A stretch of DNA of 64,000 bases. Source: a virus. The notes under the pieces were generated by a model that ran no database searches, was not told where the DNA came from, and saw only the letters and a list, made by a program, of their open reading frames with translations. The stretch spans positions 3,064 to 67,063 of the IMG/VR virus record IMGVR_UViG_3300024581_002488; one strand, given 5' to 3'. The translations under genes and the position numbers were made by a program. This document shows, piece by piece, positions 1-7,317 of the stretch (position 1 is the stretch's first letter; each line of letters begins with the position of its first letter).

Positions 1-556
1 CGGATTGTCTTAAAACCTCTCGGACGAACTGACCAGGTCGTATTTATACCTTTTTCTCCTACTGAGCACTTTTTGAAAAATCGCTCACAATGGCGATATT
101 TATATGGTACGGCGTTCTGAGCACTTTTTTGAGCGGTAGCTGATTTCCGTGGAAAACGATATGTTTGGCCGGACCTACTGTCGGACAAGAAAAGTGAGAT
201 AAGTTATTGTTTTTTCTCATCTACTGTTTTCTATTTTATTATAATCCGAATTTCCAAAAAATATTGATTGCTATACACTAAATTGAAAAAGGTCTATTTT
301 GTATACAGTAGAGCAGATATAAAATGATGTGATGTGTGTCAATAAAATAAAAATCAATTTCGGAACGGAAAAGTTTTCAATTAGGCCTGATTGATGCTGA
401 TTGTTCTGATAGATTCTTGTTGGTCAGATAGGCCTTGGTCGGTTGATAATGGGGGTCAAAAATTACTGGTGTTATTCAAGCATTAATTGGAAGCAAAAAC
501 TACTATATTTAAAGTATAAATAGATTAATGATTTTTCAATCAACTGGAGATATACC

Positions 557-904
557 ATGTGCTACACAAACTATCTAGTTACACCTAAAGGCTACTATTT
601 CAAACTAAATGACTTTGCAATGGGCGAATTAGGCTTTGAAGGCTTAAGAAGCTTAGAGGAAGCAGGATGCATTTTTTGTGCGGATAAGATGAGTATGCTG
701 CAGACTCACATTGAAGTGATGGTGAGTATGTGGGGTAATTATGAGATGAAAGCTGAAGAGTTGGATGGAACTCAATATACACTGGCATATGAAGGTACCA
801 GTTTCTTCTACTTTGATGATAGAGGATTTCAATGTACTTTCTCGGATGACATGGATATTACAGCGGAACTGCTTGTACAGGTACTGGTGGAGTTTACACT
901 ATGA
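557..904 (+). CDS. hypothetical early protein
   Basis: 115-aa ORF with GGAG RBS at about 546 and an AT-rich promoter-like region upstream. Confidence 0.75.
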   Translation: MCYTNYLVTPKGYYFKLNDFAMGELGFEGLRSLEEAGCIFCADKMSMLQTHIEVMVSMWGNYEMKAEELDGTQYTLAYEGTSFFYFDDRGFQCTFSDDMDITAELLVQVLVEFTL

Positions 905-1110
905 TGAACGTATTGCAGAAGACTGAATGGATGCTGAAGTTTATTGAAGAGCATGGACATTCGAAGGCTATTTGGATACTCCAGGCTAAGATGGATGATG
1001 CAAATAGTGATTGGGAATATCTTGAAGCTAGACAGTGGTGGCTATGGTGTGTGAATAGGCTGGTACTGCAAACTGGCAACGAGAAGTATTATGCGGAGTT
1101 TGGGTTATGA
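901..1110 (+). CDS. hypothetical protein
   Basis: 69-aa ORF, ATGA-coupled to the upstream gene. Confidence 0.7.
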   Translation: MMNVLQKTEWMLKFIEEHGHSKAIWILQAKMDDANSDWEYLEARQWWLWCVNRLVLQTGNEKYYAEFGL

Positions 1111-1799
1111 GATTTGTGATTGGATTGTGTATTGCGATTTGGATACTCAACGGATGTGTGTTTTAGAGCACCACCTGGTCGATTAGGACTGTTTTCGGAT
1201 GGTCCTTCGGTGTCTTCGCAGAACTGATGCGGTCGAGCTAATTTGGAGTGATACAGAATCCCATAAGGAAATCAATGAGTTAGACCCCACAGGGTCTCCT
1301 TAACTCTCTAAAAACAGCGCCCAATCCAGTATTTTTCTGCCCCGTGCGTGCACGCGACCCTCCGCCAAGTCCCTGATTTCCAAGGCTTTTCCGCTCCAAG
1401 CCCTCTATTCCAGCATACATATCCAGCCCAAACTGAGCAAAATCGCTCCAAACTAGCCTAGATTTCCTCGATTTAGCAAGAATTCTGCCAGGTGTTCTCA
1501 GCCCGAACCGAACATGCTCACGATTCACCAGGATGCGTAATTTTGGGCAAAGGCTGTTTTTGTCAGGGTTAGATTTGACTTTACAGTCTGTAAACTGTCT
1601 AGAATGCATGAATATAGGGCCCAGTCCAGTCCATTCCCACCCCTACCGGGGCGAGGCTGGGCGGGGTGGAGGGTGGATGGACGGGGCGGGGCGCTAAGGG
1701 CGTTAAACTGGTGTTATTTTGACCACTGGATGAGCTATAATAATAGAGTAAATTAAATTATTAATTTATATATTAAACCTGGAAGCAAGGAGATACGTT

Positions 1800-2042
1800 A
1801 TGAGCATATTAGTTTGGGCAAGTCGAGCAGTGGACGAATCTGGTAAACGTGAGAAACGCATTGTACTGGTTGAGAACGCTGAAGATTATAAGGACGCGAC
1901 TGAACGGGCTTTGTGTGAAATGGGTATTCAGAGTGAGGTATCGGTTGGAGAGGTCTTGGCTCTCGAGACTGGAGCGGTTAAATGCGTGACTGGCTGGCAC
2001 TTGGAATGGCTGGTTGTCGATGGGGTCTATGAGATTGAATAG
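1800..2042 (+). CDS. hypothetical protein
   Basis: AAGGAG RBS, TATAAT at about 1737, hairpin TTAGGGCT-GGAG-AGCCCTAA right after the stop. Confidence 0.8.
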   Translation: MSILVWASRAVDESGKREKRIVLVENAEDYKDATERALCEMGIQSEVSVGEVLALETGAVKCVTGWHLEWLVVDGVYEIE

Positions 2043-2345
2043 GTTAGGGCTGGAGAGCCCTAATCTCTCTCTCTCAGCAGGTTCCAGTCCAATCCAGTCC
2101 ATTCCGTCCCGACACGGTGCAAGGCGTGGGAAGTGAAAGGGCTGAAAAGGTATGGACTGGGCCGGAAAATGGAAAAAGGGGGCTGGGCCGGCCCAAGGCT
2201 CGCTCCAAGCCAAGCGTACCAAGGCCTGGGAATCGATTTAGGGACTGATTTGGACTGGGTTTGATGGGATGGGACGGGGACGGGAACGCACGCCATCGTG
2301 CGATAGCGTGCTAATGGATGGGGTTGGACTGGGCTGGGCTGGGCG

Positions 2346-2528
2346 CTATGCGTTTAGCACCATCCGTGCAGTGGCGAGCGTTTCAGCCGACGCACCATTG
2401 CGGTGCAGTTCGTCCATCGTGCGTTGTCGTGCCATTGCGTTTTGATACGCTTCCGTCGCATGTGGATAATCGTCCATTGCGGTTAGCAGGTTGCGGCAGT
2501 ATGATGCCAGCAGTTCGTTACGCGTCAT
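2346..2528 (-). CDS. hypothetical protein (MTRNELLASY...)
   Basis: AAAGGAG RBS before the ATG at 2528; TATAAT on the - strand at 2560-2565. Confidence 0.7.
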   Translation of the reverse strand: MTRNELLASYCRNLLTAMDDYPHATEAYQNAMARQRTMDELHRNGASAETLATARMVLNA

Positions 2529-2584
2529 TGTCGTGCTCCTTTCGTTGCGGTTCAATATAATTATAGCGGGCATACTGCTATGCC

Positions 2585-2628
2585 GCGCTACGATTGCGTT
2601 ACGATTGCGTTACGATTGCGCTACGATT
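2585..2628. repeat. 4 x 11-bp tandem repeat GCGYTACGATT
   Basis: gcgctacgatt gcgttacgatt gcgttacgatt gcgctacgatt read directly. Confidence 0.95.
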
Positions 2629-2755
2629 CAACCCATCGACCGCCGAAGCAGAACGCCGCGAATCCGACCGCGAATCCGGTGATGGAGCCGACAGCGATGC
2701 TACCACATAACACGCCGAAGCCGATAACACATAGGAAACTCATTATGATTTTCAT
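2621..2755 (-). CDS. 44-aa hydrophobic membrane peptide
   Basis: Manual translation MKIIMSFLCVIGFGVLCGSIAVGSITGFAVGFAAFCFGGRWVES; GAGGA RBS. Confidence 0.65.
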   Translation of the reverse strand: MKIIMSFLCVIGFGVLCGSIAVGSITGFAVGFAAFCFGGRWVES

Positions 2756-2774
2756 GGTCTTATCCTCAGACCCC

Positions 2775-3020
2775 TTACTCGGGGTCGTTCTCTAGTTTGA
2801 AGGTTTTAAGTGCGAACTTAGGGTCGAAGTCGTTACGCTCGAGGCAGTCCCAGAATCGAAGAGCTCGGTCGAGGGTAGTGAACTGGGATGCCCAGCCGAG
2901 GAGGCCTTTAGTGTACTCATGTATCACAACCTTTTTCTCAGCGCCGGCAATGCCCTCGGTGATAACCCAAAAGGTTTCTTTGTGCTCGATAACGTGGCAA
3001 CGATAAGTAGTTAAAATCAT
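2775..3020 (-). CDS. hypothetical protein
   Basis: 81-aa ORF with TAAGGA RBS, in the - strand mini-operon. Confidence 0.75.
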   Translation of the reverse strand: MILTTYRCHVIEHKETFWVITEGIAGAEKKVVIHEYTKGLLGWASQFTTLDRALRFWDCLERNDFDPKFALKTFKLENDPE

Positions 3021-3036
3021 AGTAAGTCCTTAGCCA

Positions 3037-3105
3037 TCAAAAGATGATGGCATCAAGAATAATAATGGCAATAGACATTGAGATGGCATGATAGAAATAA
3101 GTCAT
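3037..3105 (-). CDS. possible 22-aa hydrophobic micropeptide
   Basis: MTYFYHAISMSIAIIILDAIIF with AGGA RBS; very short. Confidence 0.3.
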   Translation of the reverse strand: MTYFYHAISMSIAIIILDAIIF

Positions 3106-3134
3106 AACTAAAGTCCTATATTAGTTTAAGTTTT

Positions 3135-3166
3135 TGATAGAAGTCATCATTTGATGACTTCTATCA
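3135..3166. repeat. perfect 15-bp inverted repeat with 2-nt centre
   Basis: TGATAGAAGTCATCA-TT-TGATGACTTCTATCA. Confidence 0.95.
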
Positions 3167-3173
3167 TTTCTAG

Positions 3174-3485
3174 TTATTTAGTTGTAACTTGAGTTGATTG
3201 TTTCTTGTTAGATTTTCTAGGTCTAATAATTTCTAACATCAACTTAGAAGTTGTTTTTGATGAAAGTTTATGATTTTCATTTCTTAATTTACTTGCATAC
3301 CAACTAATACATTCTTTAGTAGTATTACAAACATCTGGAAGAAATTCATTTGTTTTACATTCATGATGAACATTTGATAAAATTTCATCATATGAAAGGC
3401 CTTTCTTAATAACTTCTTTATCAATCTTAACTTCTTCAAATTTCAAAAGATTAGAAATAATAACTTGTTGAATTGTTGTGTTCAT
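3174..3485 (-). CDS. AT-rich putative DNA-binding protein (domain shared with 44911..45309)
   Basis: Motif TTKECISWYASKLRNEN resembles TKKASINWYRNKIREEN; start taken at ATG 3485. Confidence 0.7.
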   Translation of the reverse strand: MNTTIQQVIISNLLKFEEVKIDKEVIKKGLSYDEILSNVHHECKTNEFLPDVCNTTKECISWYASKLRNENHKLSSKTTSKLMLEIIRPRKSNKKQSTQVTTK

Positions 3486-3784
3486 AATATATCTCACTTA
3501 TATAAATTAATATTTAAATTCAAATTAAATAATTTAATATTTAATTTCATGTTTAAGTTAATTTCTTAACTTAATTTAATTATAACCTATTCTATTAATA
3601 AGTACAATTTAAATTGAATTATTTTTATTAAAGTTTTACTACGGTTTAATAACTTAATATTATAACCTGCCCCCTCTTATAATTATAAGTAATATACCCT
3701 CCGCCGCCCTGCATCCATAATTTTTTAGGGGTTCGGCCCCTTTGCACCTATTGTACGCGATACCGTATAAAAATCGCAAACCCT

Positions 3785-3820
3785 CTAACAGAGCTAACAG
3801 TAGCTAACAGCTCCTAACTG
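3785..3820 (+). repeat. 4 x CTAAC(A/T)G direct repeats, about 10-bp period
   Basis: Copies at 3785, 3794, 3804, 3814. Confidence 0.85.
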
Positions 3821-3924
3821 CCCTAGAAGGGGGTGCACCTTTCCTTGGAACAACACTTGCATACTTCGAAGGCTAAAAATTATATGATAGATGTACGATT
3901 TCAAAAACACATAGAGGTGCAAAT

Positions 3925-4056
3925 ATGTTCCTATTCGCAGTATACCACTTTCATTTATTAGGCGAAGTGTACCCACTTGCGCTATTCGCTATCGCAGCAG
4001 CATTGATGGACTACGTTGTAGCCCTTCACCTATGTAAAGCTATCGGGAGACGATAA
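3925..4056 (+). CDS. 43-aa membrane peptide
   Basis: MFLFAVYHFHLLGEVYPLALFAIAAALMDYVVALHLCKAIGRR; GAGGT RBS; TAATG overlap with the next gene. Confidence 0.7.
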   Translation: MFLFAVYHFHLLGEVYPLALFAIAAALMDYVVALHLCKAIGRR

Positions 4057-4271
4057 TGGCAGAACCAACTATCAGCATCAAAGCGTGGGTACCACCAACC
4101 ACACTTGGTCAACGCGTGGGTACAATTCGTACCATCAACGTCTCCGACAATACAGAATTAAAGGCTGAAGAGCATATTCAGTTCTACAACAAAAATCTCG
4201 GCGAACTTCAGCTCAGCATCGATGAAGCTGAAAAGCTCCGAGACTTTTTAAACAAGACTTTAGGAGAGTAG
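4056..4271 (+). CDS. hypothetical protein
   Basis: GGAG RBS, coupled gene array. Confidence 0.75.
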   Translation: MAEPTISIKAWVPPTTLGQRVGTIRTINVSDNTELKAEEHIQFYNKNLGELQLSIDEAEKLRDFLNKTLGE

Positions 4272-4272
4272 C

Positions 4273-4518
4273 ATGAAATATGGCTTAGCAATTTTCGCAG
4301 ATGGGACAGTAGTAAAGCTGCCTCAGGTCTGCGGCATCACACCGATGGGTGTTAACAGCTGTCGTGTAGTCTTCCATGGAGGAGGTGAAATGCGTGTACC
4401 GTGTTCCGCTACTGACATGGCACACCACTTAGCTAGTTGGTTCGAGTCAATAGACTTGAGCCTTAAGCACAAACCTGCTAAAGGGGAGGGTACTGAAAAT
4501 GGACCAGAGAGAGATTAA
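4273..4518 (+). CDS. hypothetical protein
   Basis: GGAG RBS, coupled gene array. Confidence 0.75.
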   Translation: MKYGLAIFADGTVVKLPQVCGITPMGVNSCRVVFHGGGEMRVPCSATDMAHHLASWFESIDLSLKHKPAKGEGTENGPERD

Positions 4519-4738
4519 TAGACTTGCAGCGATGAATCGCGATGCATCCATGTTGGTGGGTGAAGAAAACGTGCGGTCGCTATTCGAAGAGCTCCAGCGT
4601 GTCAACACTGAGCAACTGTCAGAGCAGGCGAATAAGGCGATATGCCGTCCGTCGCAACCTGGTAAGCTCCGCAACAAACCGTGTCCGTGTGGAAGTGGAC
4701 TTAAGTTCAAGAAGTGCTGTATGAATAAGGAGCTCTGA
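4499..4738 (+). CDS. SEC-C motif zinc-binding protein
   Basis: C-terminal RNKPCPCGSGLKFKKCC is the canonical SEC-C motif. Confidence 0.85.
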   Translation: MDQREINRLAAMNRDASMLVGEENVRSLFEELQRVNTEQLSEQANKAICRPSQPGKLRNKPCPCGSGLKFKKCCMNKEL

Positions 4739-4739
4739 T

Positions 4740-4898
4740 ATGACAGACCAAGATTGGTTCGTGTTAGTTATGTGGGGCTGCACCTTTGGCTTGGTTGCAG
4801 CCGCTGCTATTATGGGTATCGCCATTGGTAGAGCGATGAATCGCATTAAGAAGGAAGCACTCCTTCGTCGACTGAAGCAGGAGAACAAAGATGGCTAA
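4740..4898 (+). CDS. 52-aa single-TM peptide
   Basis: MTDQDWFVLVMWGCTFGLVAAAAIMGIAIGRAMNRIKKEALLRRLKQENKDG; AAGGAG RBS. Confidence 0.7.
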   Translation: MTDQDWFVLVMWGCTFGLVAAAAIMGIAIGRAMNRIKKEALLRRLKQENKDG

Positions 4899-5319
4899 AG
4901 GACCAGGCACCTACTTATATGTAGGCTTACGTGCACAGCTTGTCAACTTTGACAAGTATGACGCTAAAGACTTGATAGACCAGGTTAACAGAATGCGCGC
5001 TCCGCATTGCACCCTCATGTATGCAAAGATTGAAGGCAAGAGCAAGGTGTTCCACTCTCGCAGTGAAGTCGCGTACGCTACGGGTATTGTTGACGTGGTC
5101 TATATCCCTCATGCCGACTGCACCTGTTTAATCCTCGAGAAGACGCGTGACTTGGTCAAGCGCCATCGTTACTTTGCGGATATGGGTCTAGACCTGGGTT
5201 ACGAGTTTGACCCTCATGTGACAGTATGTCAAGGCAATCAGGTTAAATTATTCCAAGCTCTTATTGGGGTTGAAGTTAATCTGAATGACGAATACATCCA
5301 AGTTATTGTAAAGGAGTAG
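4891..5319 (+). CDS. acb1: 2H phosphodiesterase, Acb1 / T4 gp57B-like anti-CBASS nuclease
   Basis: Two HxT motifs (HCTLMY, PHVTV); LYV near N-terminus, RHRYF..MG, C-terminal LNDEY parallel T4 57B. Confidence 0.8.
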   Translation: MAKGPGTYLYVGLRAQLVNFDKYDAKDLIDQVNRMRAPHCTLMYAKIEGKSKVFHSRSEVAYATGIVDVVYIPHADCTCLILEKTRDLVKRHRYFADMGLDLGYEFDPHVTVCQGNQVKLFQALIGVEVNLNDEYIQVIVKE

Positions 5320-5322
5320 ACG

Positions 5323-5622
5323 ATGTTTCGAATAGACACTAAAAATATTGACCTGGTGATTGGCCAAGTATATCTACTTAACATCAATCGCTGGATTAAG
5401 TTCAAAGAAGACTTGGAGGTCAAGGCTCCTATGTTCTTTACTGGATACGATGGTGAATACCCATGCTTCAGCAGCGTTATGCAATTCAGTGGCGATATAG
5501 GTTCACACGATGCTATGAACCCTATGCGTATTGGCAAAGCTTTCTATGACGCTTCTGATATGGTAGGCACTATCACTGTTGAAACTGCTTTGGCTCGTAA
5601 GCCCCAAGTTGCCCCAAGTTAA
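5323..5622 (+). CDS. hypothetical protein (paralog of the next gene)
   Basis: DLVIGQVYLL...FFTGYDGEYPCF...IGKAFYDASDMVGTITV. Confidence 0.75.
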   Translation: MFRIDTKNIDLVIGQVYLLNINRWIKFKEDLEVKAPMFFTGYDGEYPCFSSVMQFSGDIGSHDAMNPMRIGKAFYDASDMVGTITVETALARKPQVAPS

Positions 5623-5642
5623 TATCCGTGGAGGTGCTGGCG

Positions 5643-5993
5643 ATGGCGCACAAATTTAAGAACAAACTGAATGGCGATTTGCAGGTAGGTCATGCTTACC
5701 TGATTCGTCTTATTTCTACTAAACCTGTCAAGGAATCAGCTAACTTAGTCGCATTCTACCTTGGCGAGCAAGAAGGCTATCCGGCTTTCACTCCGATTCT
5801 TGACGATACTCCGGCTGAAGGTCACGAAGCCACGCTCGGTCATGAAATCTATACGTCTGAAGACTGTTCCGGTTCCGTGACTGTGGTTGGCCGTTTCGTG
5901 CTACAAGACTGTGACCCGGCTAACCTTACAAAAGGTGGTGCGAAGAAGCGTACCCAGAAGGTGCTGCCTAAGTCAGACGACACTGTGCACTAG
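5643..5993 (+). CDS. hypothetical protein (paralog of the previous gene)
   Basis: DLQVGHAYLI...FYLGEQEGYPAF...LGHEIYTSEDCSGSVTV; GGAGG RBS before ATG 5643. Confidence 0.75.
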   Translation: MAHKFKNKLNGDLQVGHAYLIRLISTKPVKESANLVAFYLGEQEGYPAFTPILDDTPAEGHEATLGHEIYTSEDCSGSVTVVGRFVLQDCDPANLTKGGAKKRTQKVLPKSDDTVH

Positions 5994-6001
5994 GAGGCTC
6001 T

Positions 6002-6196
6002 ATGCGCAAACCACACATAGTGAGGGAAAACCATCTTTGGAAGATGTTCACTGACAAAGAGCGGCATATTTGCATATGTAGGACTTTGCATTTAAGCCAG
6101 ATATTAACGAAACTCCGTGATTATAGAGCTTCCCAGGCCAAGAGCCTCAGTGAAGATGAAATGATGTTCGGCGTTGAGTCGCCCGGAGGTAACTAA
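6002..6196 (+). CDS. hypothetical protein
   Basis: AGGAGG RBS, 64 aa. Confidence 0.7.
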   Translation: MRKPHIVRENHLWKMFTDKERHICICRTLHLSQILTKLRDYRASQAKSLSEDEMMFGVESPGGN

Positions 6197-6197
6197 T

Positions 6198-6563
6198 GTG
6201 GAAGAACTTGAAAGACCTATTGCAGGTTATGACGGTATCTACTGGATTCGCAGAGATGGCACTGTTATCAGTCTCGCCGGTTCCTTACCTACCGAAATAT
6301 CCTGGTTCATAAAGAAGGGCTATTATCATGTCTCACTCTACAAAGATGGAAAGCGAAAAGACCACAGGTTGCACCGTTTGGTCGCCTTGGCTTGGGTTCA
6401 CAATCCTCATCCACGTAAGTGGCGCATCGTGCTTCATAAAGACGACGACAAACTCAACCCTCATGCGGACAACTTAAAGTGGGGTTCACAACTCCACAAC
6501 GTGCGAGATATGGTTAAGAAAGGTCGAAGTCGGAATCAACACACCGGCCGATTGGATAAATAA
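6198..6563 (+). CDS. NUMOD4-HNH homing endonuclease
   Basis: IAGYDGIYWI (NUMOD4) and HRLVALAW...VLHKDDDKLNPHADNLKWG (HNH); GTG start after GGAGG. Confidence 0.9.
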   Translation: MEELERPIAGYDGIYWIRRDGTVISLAGSLPTEISWFIKKGYYHVSLYKDGKRKDHRLHRLVALAWVHNPHPRKWRIVLHKDDDKLNPHADNLKWGSQLHNVRDMVKKGRSRNQHTGRLDK

Positions 6564-6836
6564 ATGATTACACCGCCTGCCTGGGTGGTGTATTATTTTT
6601 ATACTAACAATAAAAAAGGTGACTCGCTTATGGAAAAAATTCTTGATATGTTTGAAGCGCTTATTGTCTGCGTTCTTGACCACATTGTGCCTATGACTAA
6701 GGTGAGTGAGACACCTGTTCTCGTTGACTGTGTTAACGGCAAACCTGTTTATAAGTTCACCGAATGGTATTCAGGCACTGTAGTCATGGCGCATCATTCG
6801 ATGGCGTGGTTCCGTGTTAATGTGGAGGAAGAATAA
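6564..6836 (+). CDS. hypothetical protein (start may be ATG 6630)
   Basis: ORF track; AAGGT RBS before MEKILD. Confidence 0.65.
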   Translation: MITPPAWVVYYFYTNNKKGDSLMEKILDMFEALIVCVLDHIVPMTKVSETPVLVDCVNGKPVYKFTEWYSGTVVMAHHSMAWFRVNVEEE

Positions 6837-7045
6837 TGCCTATATTGCGAGTATTCGTGCGAGACTACCATGCACCAGAGCCAAACCAGTATTTTGAAGT
6901 ACCTGTTGAGTTCCTAACTCAGATGGCTATTGATGAAAAAGTCTTTGGCGTCTCCAATATGATTCGTCGTCTCCAACATGGCAATCGAACTATCTTCCGT
7001 AACATGCAAATAACGGAGTATTACAAATGGCATATCGAATATTAA
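6836..7045 (+). CDS. hypothetical protein
   Basis: GGAGG RBS, TAATG coupling. Confidence 0.7.
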   Translation: MPILRVFVRDYHAPEPNQYFEVPVEFLTQMAIDEKVFGVSNMIRRLQHGNRTIFRNMQITEYYKWHIEY

Positions 7046-7317
7046 TGGAATTCACCCAGAAAATAGCTAAAAGACCTGGCTCACATGCCACGCAGATTAC
7101 CTATTATCTGGCTGTAGATACTCGTGCATGGCTTCGTAAGCACGTAGTGGTTCGAGTTTACGAAGATTATACCAATCTTTTTGAGATGTCGTACGGTCTA
7201 CCAGGTGAAGTAGGTATAATTGAAGACATATACTTCAGAAGTTGGAGCGAAAGCCGTGCTTTTGATGAATATTGGGCTCTATACGATAGAGCATTTAAAG
7301 AAGGAGCCATCATATGA
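7027..7317 (+). CDS. hypothetical protein
   Basis: GGAG RBS, coupled array. Confidence 0.7.
   Translation: MAYRILMEFTQKIAKRPGSHATQITYYLAVDTRAWLRKHVVVRVYEDYTNLFEMSYGLPGEVGIIEDIYFRSWSESRAFDEYWALYDRAFKEGAII

Noticed and set aside
1280-1609. 109-aa - strand ORF
   Set aside because: No clear RBS; it lies in repeat-rich DNA and has low-complexity, non-phage-like composition.
2585-2628. Tandem repeat as a mini-CRISPR array
   Set aside because: Units are 11 bp with no spacers. DUF2800 is a Cas4-like phage exonuclease, not part of a cas operon.
1809-2682. Overlapping ORFs 1809..2222, 2060..2296, 2318..2560, 2491..2682
   Set aside because: They are translations of G/C-tract repeats, or antisense to better-supported genes, and lack RBSs.
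3135-3166. Protelomerase (telRL) hairpin-end site of a linear plasmid prophage
   Set aside because: No tyrosine-recombinase or protelomerase gene and no partition genes in the window; kept only as an unexplained palindrome.
6196-6312. ATG-started MWKNLKD... ORF behind the GGAGG RBS
   Set aside because: The GTG two bases downstream opens the NUMOD4-HNH frame; the ATG frame is short and featureless.
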